Shown: positions 1 to 10,120, counted from the stretch's first letter. The stretch is DNA of 64,000 nucleotides from Marine Group II euryarchaeote MED-G37 (GCA_002457555.1 NTJQ01000005.1:28335-92334); one strand, 5' to 3'. Numbers and translations are program-made. The notes: generated by a model from the letters alone, not told the origin.

Positions 1-502
1 TACTCGGGAAATTATACAAAATAGCAACTGTATTCTCATTTACCCGGTCCTCTAAATCCTCAATTTTTGGCACAAAACCATTCTCAAATCTACAGGGATA
101 AAGCGAAGGTTGACCTCCGCAAATAACCACATCCGGTGGATATAACGGAAAATATGGTTCTGGAATTAGGACCTCATCTCCTGGGTCCACTAGGGCAAGG
201 AAAATATCCAGTAAGGCGTTTGTCCCACTCATTGTAATGCAAACATTAGATTCGTTGAGATTTGGAGAAAGATAATGCCATGTCTCTGCTATCTTTTGCC
301 TTAGCTCTGGTAGTCCTGCTGTAGTTGTGTATTTGTTACGCCCTTCTCGCATGGCCTTTTCGAAAGCGTCTATGGCCAAATCGGGAGGTTGGAAGTCTGG
401 TTCGCCTAAACCAAACTGAACCGCGTCATCGCCGGCCATGTCGAACATTCGTCGAACTCCTGTAGGACGAATGCTGTTCGCGCGTTCCGAAAACCGCACC
501 AT
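1..502 (-). CDS. Class I/II PLP-dependent aminotransferase (aspartate aminotransferase family), truncated by the window edge
   Basis: Read by hand, not in the ORF track: ATG at 502 gives MVRFSERANSIRPTGVRRMFDMAGDDAVQFGLGEPDFQPP...KYTTTAGLPELR...DPGDEVLIPEPYFPLY; GEPD and PGDEV motifs. Confidence 0.9.
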   Translation of the reverse strand, partial: MVRFSERANSIRPTGVRRMFDMAGDDAVQFGLGEPDFQPPDLAIDAFEKAMREGRNKYTTTAGLPELRQKIAETWHYLSPNLNESNVCITMSGTNALLDIFLALVDPGDEVLIPEPYFPLYPPDVVICGGQPSLYPCRFENGFVPKIEDLEDRVNENTVAILYNFPS

Positions 503-597
503 GACCTTCGGAGGATAGAATGAGCATTTGAACTAACACCCTCGAATCCTTCGGATTCGTCGTTTGAGTTGATAAATTAACTGATTTGTAATGAATG

Positions 598-2727
598 CTA
601 ATTTCCTAAGTCGAGTAACTCTGCTTCAACAACGTCTTCAATCTCATCTCGGTTTCTAACGCTGCTTATTATTGCCTCAATCTCGTCATCTGAACGGAAT
701 CGGATTAGCACTAATGATGCGACCCATGCCAATGCGACAACAATCACAATACCGATTGCAATTGGTGGAATCGACATCGATTCTGAACCCGCACCTGTTC
801 CCTCGATTTCAAAGAATACAGGTAGGGAATGCATTGCGCCTGCAACAGCATGTACCTCCACTGTGTGATTGCCTGAAGTCAGTTTTTTTGGCTCCAATAG
901 GATGTGCCACTCAAAGGGTGTCAGAGCGCCTATTTCGCTTGGCGTAGTGGAATAAGTCGTCTCAACCCACTCTCCGTCATCAATTCGATATTCCACTCTG
1001 TCAATACTTCCTGCCTGACCCCAAGCGTGACCGGTCATATTGGTCACTCCATCCGAAGATAGATTGAGCCTGTGGCTCTGTAATGTAGGATCGATTAATG
1101 CAGTCTGGCCGCTGTCTCGAAGGAATATTGCAAGTTCAACCGCTGCCAAAGCATCTACCATTCCATATCCAAATTCTCTATTCCAATATGGATCAATCTC
1201 TGGGGCACTGGCTTCTCCTCGCAATTCAGATGTATGTTTGAGGACTTCTTTGATTTGTAATGGAGTCAAGTTTTCGTTCGCTTCCCAAACCAATGCTACG
1301 ATTCCGGTTACTGCAGGCGCTGCGTAGGAGGTTCCGCTACCTCTTCCAGTGTAGGTGTTCTGAGATGCATCTCCACCTAGGAAATTATTGCATCCTCCAC
1401 TTGACACACATCCTTCCGCTTGAATTATGTTGGAGCCCGGTGCACTGATTTCGGGGATTAATTCGTTAATCGGATTTCCATCACCATTGTCTTTGCGAGG
1501 TCCTCGGGAAGAATATCCAGCAATTGTATCATCGGACCTGTTAACAGTATTCTGATCATCGGTTGAAGCTACGGTGATTGAAAGAGAAGAGGCACTCATT
1601 CCAGAAAGCCCATCATTGTCCTCTCCATCGTTACCGGCAGCGTTAGAAACAGCCACTCCTAACTCCATAGCCTCATCTAGGATTCTACTATGCATGTCAG
1701 TTCCATCTGAACCCCCATTCTCGTGACTAGTTATTCCCCAAGAGAGAGAGATGATATCAATCCCATGACTCTCTTCTTCTACCCCAGGCCAAGCATCGTC
1801 TCGATGATCGACAATCCATTGTAGACCGTTCATTGCCGATTCGTAAAATTCCTGTTCCAGAAGATAATTTTCAAATGGTCCAGCACCAACATCGGTCCCT
1901 ATTCTTACGTCCACTAAACCAGCATCTGGTGCTGAACCGTAGAATTCAGATTGAGAACCATCAGCCTCGATACCAGTTGCACTAGCCATACCCATACAAG
2001 CAGTGCCATGTTGATTGCCGTCATCAGGATCGAATGAACCATCATCCTCGCGACCTCCTGCAAGTATACACTGTGGATCTGAATGTACGAAACAAACAGC
2101 ATCATATCCTGCAACAAATTTCGAACTTAGCCCAGGATGTTCATTGTCAACACCGGTATCTACCATAGCGATATTAATTCCTTTACCGGTTACTCCAAAA
2201 TCCCATGCAGCAACAGGATATTCTGAAGAGTTCTTGGCTTTTACGGCTAGAGTTTGGATATCTCCGAAGAATACCGGCGAGCCGTATCGCTCGACCATAA
2301 CCACACCATCTAATTCGGCTAATTGCCAAATCTTACTAGCATCAACATCTCCAATCAATAATGCGTCCACAATTGGCAATTCAATATGGATATCAAAACC
2401 CAAATCTTGCAATGATTTTTTGTCCAAATTTGTAACATCGCGCGAATACGATAAACCTACATTGACGGGGCCGGTTTCCGTTTGTAATGAGTCATGTATT
2501 CCATTACGGTCTGAATCTAATGAAGTGTGTTCCCACCAATTTAGAGTAGGGTCCCACCAAATTGGCTCTTGAATAGGGATTTCAGTTGTCTGGCTTTCCT
2601 CAATTAACTGAAGCCCTGTTGAGTCTAATCGAGTCTGCTTGGAATTTGCACTAGGCGCTGCAATACTTCCAATGAGTGGTGATAACAGAATTAGCACCAG
2701 CGCTACTGCAATCGACTTGCGGTCCAT
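598..2727 (-). CDS. Secreted, membrane-anchored S8 subtilisin-like serine peptidase
   Basis: Signal peptide; catalytic motifs VDTG, HGT, AAGN, GSGTSYAAP; C-terminal Ig-like region and a TM anchor. Confidence 0.93.
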   Translation of the reverse strand: MDRKSIAVALVLILLSPLIGSIAAPSANSKQTRLDSTGLQLIEESQTTEIPIQEPIWWDPTLNWWEHTSLDSDRNGIHDSLQTETGPVNVGLSYSRDVTNLDKKSLQDLGFDIHIELPIVDALLIGDVDASKIWQLAELDGVVMVERYGSPVFFGDIQTLAVKAKNSSEYPVAAWDFGVTGKGINIAMVDTGVDNEHPGLSSKFVAGYDAVCFVHSDPQCILAGGREDDGSFDPDDGNQHGTACMGMASATGIEADGSQSEFYGSAPDAGLVDVRIGTDVGAGPFENYLLEQEFYESAMNGLQWIVDHRDDAWPGVEEESHGIDIISLSWGITSHENGGSDGTDMHSRILDEAMELGVAVSNAAGNDGEDNDGLSGMSASSLSITVASTDDQNTVNRSDDTIAGYSSRGPRKDNGDGNPINELIPEISAPGSNIIQAEGCVSSGGCNNFLGGDASQNTYTGRGSGTSYAAPAVTGIVALVWEANENLTPLQIKEVLKHTSELRGEASAPEIDPYWNREFGYGMVDALAAVELAIFLRDSGQTALIDPTLQSHRLNLSSDGVTNMTGHAWGQAGSIDRVEYRIDDGEWVETTYSTTPSEIGALTPFEWHILLEPKKLTSGNHTVEVHAVAGAMHSLPVFFEIEGTGAGSESMSIPPIAIGIVIVVALAWVASLVLIRFRSDDEIEAIISSVRNRDEIEDVVEAELLDLGN

Positions 2728-2802
2728 TGAGTAGGGGCGAACCGCCTCCCTTCATCAATACAACCATGTGTTGAGCAAATATCTAGAGGCTCTACCAAAA
2801 GA

Positions 2803-2878
2803 TGGTGGGGGCAGAGGGATTTGAACCCCCCTCCACCGGTCTGGAGCCGGTAATAATACCGAGCTATACTATACCCCC
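2803..2878 (-). tRNA. tRNA-Trp(CCA), intronless, CCA encoded
   Basis: Reverse complement GGGGGTA...ACCGG-CT-CCA-GA-CCGGT...GGTTCAAATCC...TGCCCCC-A-CCA folds as a cloverleaf. Confidence 0.95.
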
Positions 2879-2956
2879 AATCTGTGATTAGTCGAGTGGC
2901 TACACTCTTATGATGCTCTCGGTTCCTAGGTTTAGAATTGAGTTGATTATTTGAAA

Positions 2957-5281
2957 TCAAAAATTACCCAATACCGGACCAACTAGTAGACTGATTAGCA
3001 GCCAACCTCCCAATATTGCGCTGGCTAGCCCCCAAGCTCTTGGACGAATCCCTACACTCAAACTACCAAGAGTTCTAGGAATTGGACCAGTGACTCCTAT
3101 TATTGCACGAGCGATTACTACAGCCAGACCAGACGCGAGAATTAGCCCTAGTAAAATGCATACAGAGAGAATCATTCCAAGAATACCAGTACGGGCTACT
3201 GCTCCTACTCCTTGAGCTACCAAATCAGGAGTTCGTAACCAAATCAACCAAGCCACCCAAATCCCTAGATGGACGTCGTCGCTAAAAGATGAGGCCTTTC
3301 TCCAATCCCTATACTGCTCCGGCAGACTAGAATAAATCTTATTAGAAATCCAATCAATCTCAGGGATTCTGCCGCTAGTTAGAGTTCGTAAACCATGGTA
3401 GGTAAGAATTAGAGCAAGGATCAACTCAATCCAAATCCACCAAGCACCTAAGCCGACTGCAGCCATCAATGAAATCGGTATTGCCCAAAGAGAAAATCCC
3501 ACACCTGCTGCAAGCAATGTCAACAATATTCCCGAGCCTGGGAGAAGAACTTCATCCGGCTCCTGATATTTCCTCTCTCGTGGCATTGCAAGAACGAACA
3601 AAGGAAGTAAGGCCGTACCCCAAAGCAAGGTTATTGGATCAAATACACTATGCCCAGAACCCCTCGTTGCTTCGCCAACAGCGTCTGCAATCTCCGAACT
3701 TGAGTAAGTTCCGGGCGACCAATCCGTGATGAAACCAGCAGCATCGATGATAATCACTGCATCACTAGCCCCACTAGGGAAGGACTTGCCAACACTAGCA
3801 TCGGCATTGTCCATTAATAATGGCCAAGACCCGTTTATTATTTCCGAATGGGAGTCTAAATCAACTGCTCTGACTCCCTTTCCAGTAGCAATTTGAACAA
3901 AGGAAATATCTCTGTCAATTAATGCATCAGCCATTTGGAAATCATTTGCTTGCCGGTTTGCATTAGCAGAACCGGGTACGTACAAGCCGAGAACAACAGC
4001 GTCGGAATCTGATAGTAATTCAAACAGAGAGACCGAACCATCGCCACCATGTTGTAGTAGAGTGAATGATGGTGCTGCACCATCCGAACGAGGTGAGTTT
4101 GCATCAATGTCGGGCAGATGGGTCGCTGGACCGATACTCGCTATGGCGAGGACAAGAATCACTGCATAAGCGGGAAGAGGCAACATAGCTTCCCTCATTG
4201 AAGCACCTAGCCAAGCAATAACCCCAAGTGGAATCATTATCGCCACCCATGTTCCACTCAATAGTGCCTGAGGGTCTTCCTTTACTTCGAATTTCAATAC
4301 TCCAATTACATCGCAAGGTTCAGCGGGGTCTTGATCTTGAAGTTTGAAACAACCATCGATCATGTACAATCCGGGTTCCAGGGATTTTGATGTCGACCAA
4401 GTAAGAACGGTCCTATTTGCTTCACCTACCCTAAAGGAATGGGGTGACTCAAAGTGCTCCAATCTTTGATCCTCTTGACCGAATCCATGAACCATAGATT
4501 CGTAACTATACATTGGCCCCACTACTTCGATTACTTGTTGTGAAAAATCCGAAGGTCCCCAAGGAGAAATAGGTGTGAACTCGATTCTAGTTATTCGATT
4601 TGAATCAGTGACCTGCTCTAATTGTGGGTCAATCAATTCCCCAGAAAATGTAATTCCACTCTTTGCATCATAGGTGCCCCACCACAATGAGCCCGGTTGA
4701 ACACAATCATGTTGAACCGAAATTTGCAGAGACAAAGCATCGCCTGGACCTAAATCAACATCATCAACAGGCACTTCAACTTGGAAAATATGGGATTGCG
4801 TGTAGGATTCTTCCATGGTTACAACATTCGTTGCCATACCATTGATGAGGGTGAAAGAACCCCAACGTAGGGTGACATAAAATTGAGTCGTGGCACCAGC
4901 TGGAGAACCTGGAATAACATTCGTTTGCCTGCATACTGGAGATTTTGCTTCCAATGAAGCATACAATTCAACAGTTACTGTACCATTTAGTGAAAGCGCC
5001 TCTACGATGGGTGTTCCTTGAACATCTACAAGATTTTGAGGCGCCCCTGCTGTTTTGGAGAAACTTGCTGAACCACCGGGTATTCCTGTAAGTATTGGCC
5101 AATCTCTGCGAAGTTCTGGCGTTTCTTCTGTGCCGTGCAGGAAAATATTATGATTTTGAGGGACACTGATTTCTAGTCCTGGGCCAAAATCCTCTGCATC
5201 TTGGGCACTAGTTGTGCTAGCGGCGAATGTCCCAACTAGAAGCAGAATAATTGCTGTTGTGAGCGCCTTTGACCTGAACAA
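2957..5281 (-). CDS. Large membrane protein with an extracellular N-terminal domain, a redoxin/thioredoxin-like middle domain and a multi-TM C-terminus
   Basis: Signal peptide; APSFTL...VVLGLY...WPLLMD...VIIIDAAGFI resembles the AhpC/TSA fold but has no CxxC; about 6-7 C-terminal hydrophobic helices. Confidence 0.6.
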   Translation of the reverse strand: MFRSKALTTAIILLLVGTFAASTTSAQDAEDFGPGLEISVPQNHNIFLHGTEETPELRRDWPILTGIPGGSASFSKTAGAPQNLVDVQGTPIVEALSLNGTVTVELYASLEAKSPVCRQTNVIPGSPAGATTQFYVTLRWGSFTLINGMATNVVTMEESYTQSHIFQVEVPVDDVDLGPGDALSLQISVQHDCVQPGSLWWGTYDAKSGITFSGELIDPQLEQVTDSNRITRIEFTPISPWGPSDFSQQVIEVVGPMYSYESMVHGFGQEDQRLEHFESPHSFRVGEANRTVLTWSTSKSLEPGLYMIDGCFKLQDQDPAEPCDVIGVLKFEVKEDPQALLSGTWVAIMIPLGVIAWLGASMREAMLPLPAYAVILVLAIASIGPATHLPDIDANSPRSDGAAPSFTLLQHGGDGSVSLFELLSDSDAVVLGLYVPGSANANRQANDFQMADALIDRDISFVQIATGKGVRAVDLDSHSEIINGSWPLLMDNADASVGKSFPSGASDAVIIIDAAGFITDWSPGTYSSSEIADAVGEATRGSGHSVFDPITLLWGTALLPLFVLAMPRERKYQEPDEVLLPGSGILLTLLAAGVGFSLWAIPISLMAAVGLGAWWIWIELILALILTYHGLRTLTSGRIPEIDWISNKIYSSLPEQYRDWRKASSFSDDVHLGIWVAWLIWLRTPDLVAQGVGAVARTGILGMILSVCILLGLILASGLAVVIARAIIGVTGPIPRTLGSLSVGIRPRAWGLASAILGGWLLISLLVGPVLGNF

Positions 5282-5383
5282 CGGTTACACCTCTTACTCG
5301 ACCCCTAATTGGACCGGCATTCAAACCTCGCGCTCCTATGTATTCGACTTAACCAGATTCTTTAGGCTTGGACACGATTCCTC

Positions 5384-6121
5384 TTAGAGGAAGCGGATAT
5401 GGAAAAATATAGCCATTAACGCACCAGATAGTGTTGCAAGGAAGTTTACAGTGTGCTTTCCCATTAGGCCTTTATTCTCAAATAATGCCCCTAAAATAGA
5501 GTCAACTTGGCAACCAAGCCAACCGATTAATGTAACAACTACCATCATAGTCAATAGAGGGATTTCAACATCGGTAATCGAAGCAAGACTAACCGACAAT
5601 AATGCAATCATTACTGCACCACCTAATGCTGCAAATGTACCAGTCAATGACATACCTCCATTGGTTCCTGCAGGCACGGCTTCTAGATTGATGATGCTTC
5701 TAGTTCTAGAGTCCAGACTACCTATTTCCGACGCTAAGGTGTCGGAGGCGGCTACAGAAATTGATGCGCAAGCCGCCAAATAAGTCCACTCTGGTTGATC
5801 TAGTGCGAAATTTGCGATTGCGACTAGTGAAGCCACACCACCATTGGCCATTACATTCCGCCAACCACGGGCTCCTTTGTTCTCCTCTGCTAATCTCAGA
5901 GCAGCCTTTTCTTCATACTTCCATAAAGTGGCTAATGATCCGACTGCAAGGAATGAAATAAGAATTGTTAACCACGTCCAATGACCAAACAAAGATACTG
6001 TCAGGCCTACAATTGCAGCGGCAATTAATCCAGTTCTGTTGAGCATTCCACGTACTGCCGAGAGCATCATCAAGCCGAATACTAGCCCGACAGAAATCAT
6101 CTGGTCACTTGTGGGGTCCAT
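5384..6121 (-). CDS. DUF92 (TIGR00297/TMEM19/VTE6-like) membrane protein
   Basis: RGWRNVMANGG, SDTLASEIG, GTNGGMS and VDSILGA motifs. Confidence 0.9.
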   Translation of the reverse strand: MDPTSDQMISVGLVFGLMMLSAVRGMLNRTGLIAAAIVGLTVSLFGHWTWLTILISFLAVGSLATLWKYEEKAALRLAEENKGARGWRNVMANGGVASLVAIANFALDQPEWTYLAACASISVAASDTLASEIGSLDSRTRSIINLEAVPAGTNGGMSLTGTFAALGGAVMIALLSVSLASITDVEIPLLTMMVVVTLIGWLGCQVDSILGALFENKGLMGKHTVNFLATLSGALMAIFFHIRFL

Positions 6122-6175
6122 GTCCTACCCTACCATTACGACGTCAAAGGATGATGAAGGATTCCCCAATACGAC

Positions 6176-7798
6176 TTATGCCGAAGGTAGAGAACGTACC
6201 CCCTTCAATATACCACGGGCGAGAATTAGTAATACAATAATGAGAATAGAAACCCAAGCCAAGTTTAGCATAAACACTCCCCCCCACCCTAGTCCAATTA
6301 ACTCACCTAATTTCTCAATACTAACCAAAGTACCGTTCCAAAATGCATGTCCACCGATGGCGATACCTAAGCAAGCCAGAACATTTTTTGGAGGCAATAT
6401 TCTGAACCCATCTTCTTTCCTTAGATTTGCAGCATCCCACGAAGTGACCAATGAATTACTGACTTCTATCGCCTCTACACCCGCGGCATCGATTGCTTTT
6501 CCTGTTTTATTGTCGATTAATTTCCAATTAGACTCAACCTCGTCTTTTGCCATAATTTCTTCAAAGGTCGGCCTAAAGTCATCAAAGCCTGAATAGTCTC
6601 CATCACCATCTATGTCGAAGCCTAGATTTTCTGCGTAGTCGACTGAGTTAATGCTAAACCGATTAATCATCCACTTCATTCGCTTATCTGCATCTGTAGT
6701 TTGAGAGAAATAGCCTAACCCAAATCCTGAGATTCCTGTCCACAATCCATGTGCGGGAATTGATCCAATACCTCTCATTAGTGCTGTTAGGGTTAGAGAA
6801 GGAGCGCCACCAAAGGCGCTTCCTAAGATATAGGCAAGATTCTCAATTAATGCAAATCCTAATCCAACGGTAAATCCTACTTGGAATCCCTTTTTTGCAT
6901 TACGAATAGAAGGTAAAAACAAACATATTGCTAATAATTTGAATATTTCTTCACCTATTGGCGCACTAATTGCCGCAGTCAAAGCCATTTCGATATCAAA
7001 GGAAAGGCCGCTTGGAAGAATTCGAGGGAAAATGAAACTGTTGACTATTAGTGCTGGTAGAGCTGATGCCATTCCAGCAATCATCCAAGATTCAGCATCT
7101 CTTCTCCTAGTTGGTAAACCAATTATTTTCGAGGAGGTCGCCCACCAAGCAAATACAGGTATAGAAAATGCCGCTATAGAAAGAAGTAGAACAGGAATGA
7201 AAGAAAGGATGTAAACAATGGAAAGGAAATCCTCATCTCCCGATGCAAGCGATAGAACCAATGGAATAGACAACATCACGCCAATTACCAATATTGCAAT
7301 GAAAGCACCCCATACCTGACCTAGGGGTGGCATGTCAAGAGTCGAATCGTCTGTAATTACAAAACGATGGAAGATTGTTCGTTTAGGAGTCTTGAGAGAA
7401 CCTCCCTCTGGTAGGGGGTGGTGGTTTTCCCCTGAGGGGTCGGGCGTTGCCATCCTAACATGAACTAACTTAGGCCTATGCAGGATAATTAGGAAAGGAA
7501 GAGGGATTAGGGAACAAATAGCACCTAGACCGGTAATCGCGACCTCCTGATAGATTAAACCAGCAATAACAGAACTAAGACCAAACCAAATCAAAATAAA
7601 AGCAAGAATCACTGTCCCCAGCATTCTCCAGTAATTTTTCCATGGCTTACTTTTTGTTGCCAATTGTATGTTCCTAGGTGCTTGAGTAAGAGGTACAGGG
7701 TCTTCCAGTAAATACCTCTTGCCGGTTGCATCCATGATTATGCGGGACATAGAATCATCCTGGTGCCGCTCAGATCGCCCATCACTCGCGACACCCAA
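6176..7798 (-). CDS. PrsW-family intramembrane metalloprotease
   Basis: APIGEEIFK, GLGFALIEN, HGLWTG, HAFWN motifs; many TMs; true start may be ATG 7750. Confidence 0.88.
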   Translation of the reverse strand: MGVASDGRSERHQDDSMSRIIMDATGKRYLLEDPVPLTQAPRNIQLATKSKPWKNYWRMLGTVILAFILIWFGLSSVIAGLIYQEVAITGLGAICSLIPLPFLIILHRPKLVHVRMATPDPSGENHHPLPEGGSLKTPKRTIFHRFVITDDSTLDMPPLGQVWGAFIAILVIGVMLSIPLVLSLASGDEDFLSIVYILSFIPVLLLSIAAFSIPVFAWWATSSKIIGLPTRRRDAESWMIAGMASALPALIVNSFIFPRILPSGLSFDIEMALTAAISAPIGEEIFKLLAICLFLPSIRNAKKGFQVGFTVGLGFALIENLAYILGSAFGGAPSLTLTALMRGIGSIPAHGLWTGISGFGLGYFSQTTDADKRMKWMINRFSINSVDYAENLGFDIDGDGDYSGFDDFRPTFEEIMAKDEVESNWKLIDNKTGKAIDAAGVEAIEVSNSLVTSWDAANLRKEDGFRILPPKNVLACLGIAIGGHAFWNGTLVSIEKLGELIGLGWGGVFMLNLAWVSILIIVLLILARGILKGVRSLPSA

Positions 7799-7873
7799 GG
7801 CATCCGGTGCGGTTCCTCATCACAGCGGCAAGGGTCGGTAGATGGCGCCCCATATGAGGTTCAGCCCTAATCT

Positions 7874-8092
7874 CTAGCGTGAACCCATGATTGCACCGCA
7901 AGCACCACAATACAACTCAACTCGATCGTTATCCTTCTGCATCGACCACTCCCCACAGGCAGGGCAGGGTGGAAGGCCCTTTTCACTGGGCGCCACTCTA
8001 GGGCCTGTACGGCGCTTTTTTTTGCGAGGGATATACCATCCACCCTTGGGTTTTTTGACCTTCGGCATACTATCGGACATACTCGACATCAT
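7874..8092 (-). CDS. Small basic protein with a TFIIB-type zinc ribbon
   Basis: CPACG-x(16)-CGACG after a Lys/Arg-rich stretch (PRKKKRR); ORF track start 8104, ATG 8092 preferred. Confidence 0.6.
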   Translation of the reverse strand: MMSSMSDSMPKVKKPKGGWYIPRKKKRRTGPRVAPSEKGLPPCPACGEWSMQKDNDRVELYCGACGAIMGSR

Positions 8093-8153
8093 GGCGTCTC
8101 TCAAGACACTTATGCACCGTTGATGTGAAGTGATTGTTCAACTCCGGAGAGAT

Positions 8154-9092
8154 ATGGATAGCGTGGTGATTGGAGCTGGTGTATCCGGCCTGTCATCTGC
8201 AATACGGTTGTTAGAGGCCGGACATAATGTTCGAGTTATGGCTAAGGAATTTTCACCGGATTTAGTTTCAGATACTGCTGCAGCATTGTGGTATCCATTT
8301 TTAGCGCACCCTGTTGAAAAAACCGATCGATGGGCAGCTGAAACTTATACTGAATTGATGAGATTGGGGGAATGCGAACCTAATTCAGGAATCACGATGA
8401 GATTTGGTAGGGAATATCTGCGTGAAGTTGTGGAACTTCCAGGTTGGAGAGATGATATTACTCACTTTCGAGTACTAGACTCAAGCGAAATTCCTGAAGG
8501 TTGGATTTTTGGATGGGAGTTTGAATCGCCAATTATAGAAATGCATCACTACATGCCTTGGCTATTACAACGTACTCGTGAGTTGGGCGGAATAATCGAA
8601 GAAAATGTGGTAGAAGATTTAACCACAATTTCTGCAGAAGTTATCGTAAATTGTAGCGGAATAGGTGCGAGAGAACTATGCCAAGATACGGAGGTAAAAC
8701 CTGTACGTGGCCAAATTATCTACATTAACCAAGATCCTGGATTTGGCCGGTTTGACCAACAACCAGAGACCTTGACCTATACAATACCTAGGAGAGATTG
8801 CACAGTACTTGGAGGGACTGCTCAAAGTGACGACTGGAGCCTTGAATTACGTGATTCTGACCGTGAAACAATCCTACAAAAATGTGAAGCAGTTTGGCCG
8901 GAACTTGACCGTAGGAAGATTATCGGGGAATCAGTGGGACTTCGTCCTTCAAGAAGTGAAGTTCGTCTAGAATCTGAGATAGTAAATGGCACCTTGGTAA
9001 TCCATAATTATGGACACGGAGGGGCAGGAGTGACGCTTTCCTGGGGTTGTGCTGACGAGGTAGCTAGGATGCTATCTAGTAAGATGACTTAG
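8154..9092 (+). CDS. dao: FAD-dependent D-amino acid oxidase
   Basis: VIGAGVSG dinucleotide motif, PVRGQ, GLRP, and the DAAO signature HNYGHGGAGVTLSWGCA; ATG 8154 preferred over 8130. Confidence 0.88.
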   Translation: MDSVVIGAGVSGLSSAIRLLEAGHNVRVMAKEFSPDLVSDTAAALWYPFLAHPVEKTDRWAAETYTELMRLGECEPNSGITMRFGREYLREVVELPGWRDDITHFRVLDSSEIPEGWIFGWEFESPIIEMHHYMPWLLQRTRELGGIIEENVVEDLTTISAEVIVNCSGIGARELCQDTEVKPVRGQIIYINQDPGFGRFDQQPETLTYTIPRRDCTVLGGTAQSDDWSLELRDSDRETILQKCEAVWPELDRRKIIGESVGLRPSRSEVRLESEIVNGTLVIHNYGHGGAGVTLSWGCADEVARMLSSKMT

Positions 9093-10086
9093 TGGTAGTG
9101 ATCACGACTGCGCCAATCTTGTAGGGGTCGGCATTAGAGGCTGGTCTACGGTCCTCTAAACGACCCTTCCAACCATCTTCAATTGTACCGATTGGGATTC
9201 GGATTGAGGCGCCTCGATCTGAGACCCCATACGAAAATTGGTCAATTGACTGCGTCTCATGAAGTCCTGTGAGCCTCTGCTCATTGTGTGCACCATATAC
9301 TGACATATGAGCATCTATATTTCTACCGAATGCTTCACAAATATCTGTGAATAACTTCTCTCCACCCTCATCTCGCATTCTTCCATCACTGAAATTTACA
9401 TGCATTCCAGAACCATTCCAATCACCCTTGATCGGCTTGGGGTGGTATTCAATGTAGTAACCATATTTTTCAGTACATCTATCCAGAAGATATCGTGCCA
9501 CCCAAAGCTCGTCTCCAGCTCTCTTTGCACCCTTAGCAAAAATTTGGAACTCCCATTGGCCACATGCCACTTCTTGGTTGATTCCCTCATAGTTGATTCC
9601 CGCTTCTATGCACAAATCAGCGTGTTCTTCGACGAGATCTCTACCGTGGGTGTTCTTACCGCCGACAGAACAGTAGTAAAGACCCTGAGGACCAGGGTAG
9701 CCACCTACTGGGAACCCCAAAGGAAGTTGAGTTTCAACATCCATGATGAAATATTCTTGCTCATATCCGAACCAAAAATCGTCGTCATCTTCTTCAATTG
9801 TAGCGCGACCATTACTGGCATGTGGAGTTCCATCGGCGTTCAAGACTTCACACATTACAAGATAACCATTTATTCTTTGAGGATCACGGAATATCGTTAC
9901 GGGCTTTAGCAAACAATCTGAATCTCCGCCGTCGGCTTGCTTTGTAGAAGAACCATCAAAGGACCACATCGGACAGTCCTCAATATTACCCGAGAAATCA
10001 TTCCTGATTAGTGTCTTACTTCGCATGTTCTGTGTCGGTTCATATCCATCTAACCAGATGTACTCAAGTTTGGCCTTAACGTCCAT
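9076..10086 (-). CDS. glnII: Glutamine synthetase type II
   Basis: 336 aa; LEYIWLDG, WSFDGSST, WFGYEQEY, INQEVACGQWEFQ, DWNGSGMH, RLTGLHET, LEDRRPASNADPY are GSII-type motifs and length. Confidence 0.92.
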   Translation of the reverse strand: MDVKAKLEYIWLDGYEPTQNMRSKTLIRNDFSGNIEDCPMWSFDGSSTKQADGGDSDCLLKPVTIFRDPQRINGYLVMCEVLNADGTPHASNGRATIEEDDDDFWFGYEQEYFIMDVETQLPLGFPVGGYPGPQGLYYCSVGGKNTHGRDLVEEHADLCIEAGINYEGINQEVACGQWEFQIFAKGAKRAGDELWVARYLLDRCTEKYGYYIEYHPKPIKGDWNGSGMHVNFSDGRMRDEGGEKLFTDICEAFGRNIDAHMSVYGAHNEQRLTGLHETQSIDQFSYGVSDRGASIRIPIGTIEDGWKGRLEDRRPASNADPYKIGAVVITTTKSSY

Positions 10087-10109
10087 AGGAAATGTCGAAT
10101 AATCTACGG

Positions 10110-10120
10110 TTAATATATTT
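10110..10120 (-). promoter_or_regulatory. Probable TATA box of glnII (leaderless transcript)
   Basis: Minus-strand AAATATATTAA about 25-34 nt upstream of the ATG at 10086, in an AT-rich divergent intergenic region. Confidence 0.55.
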
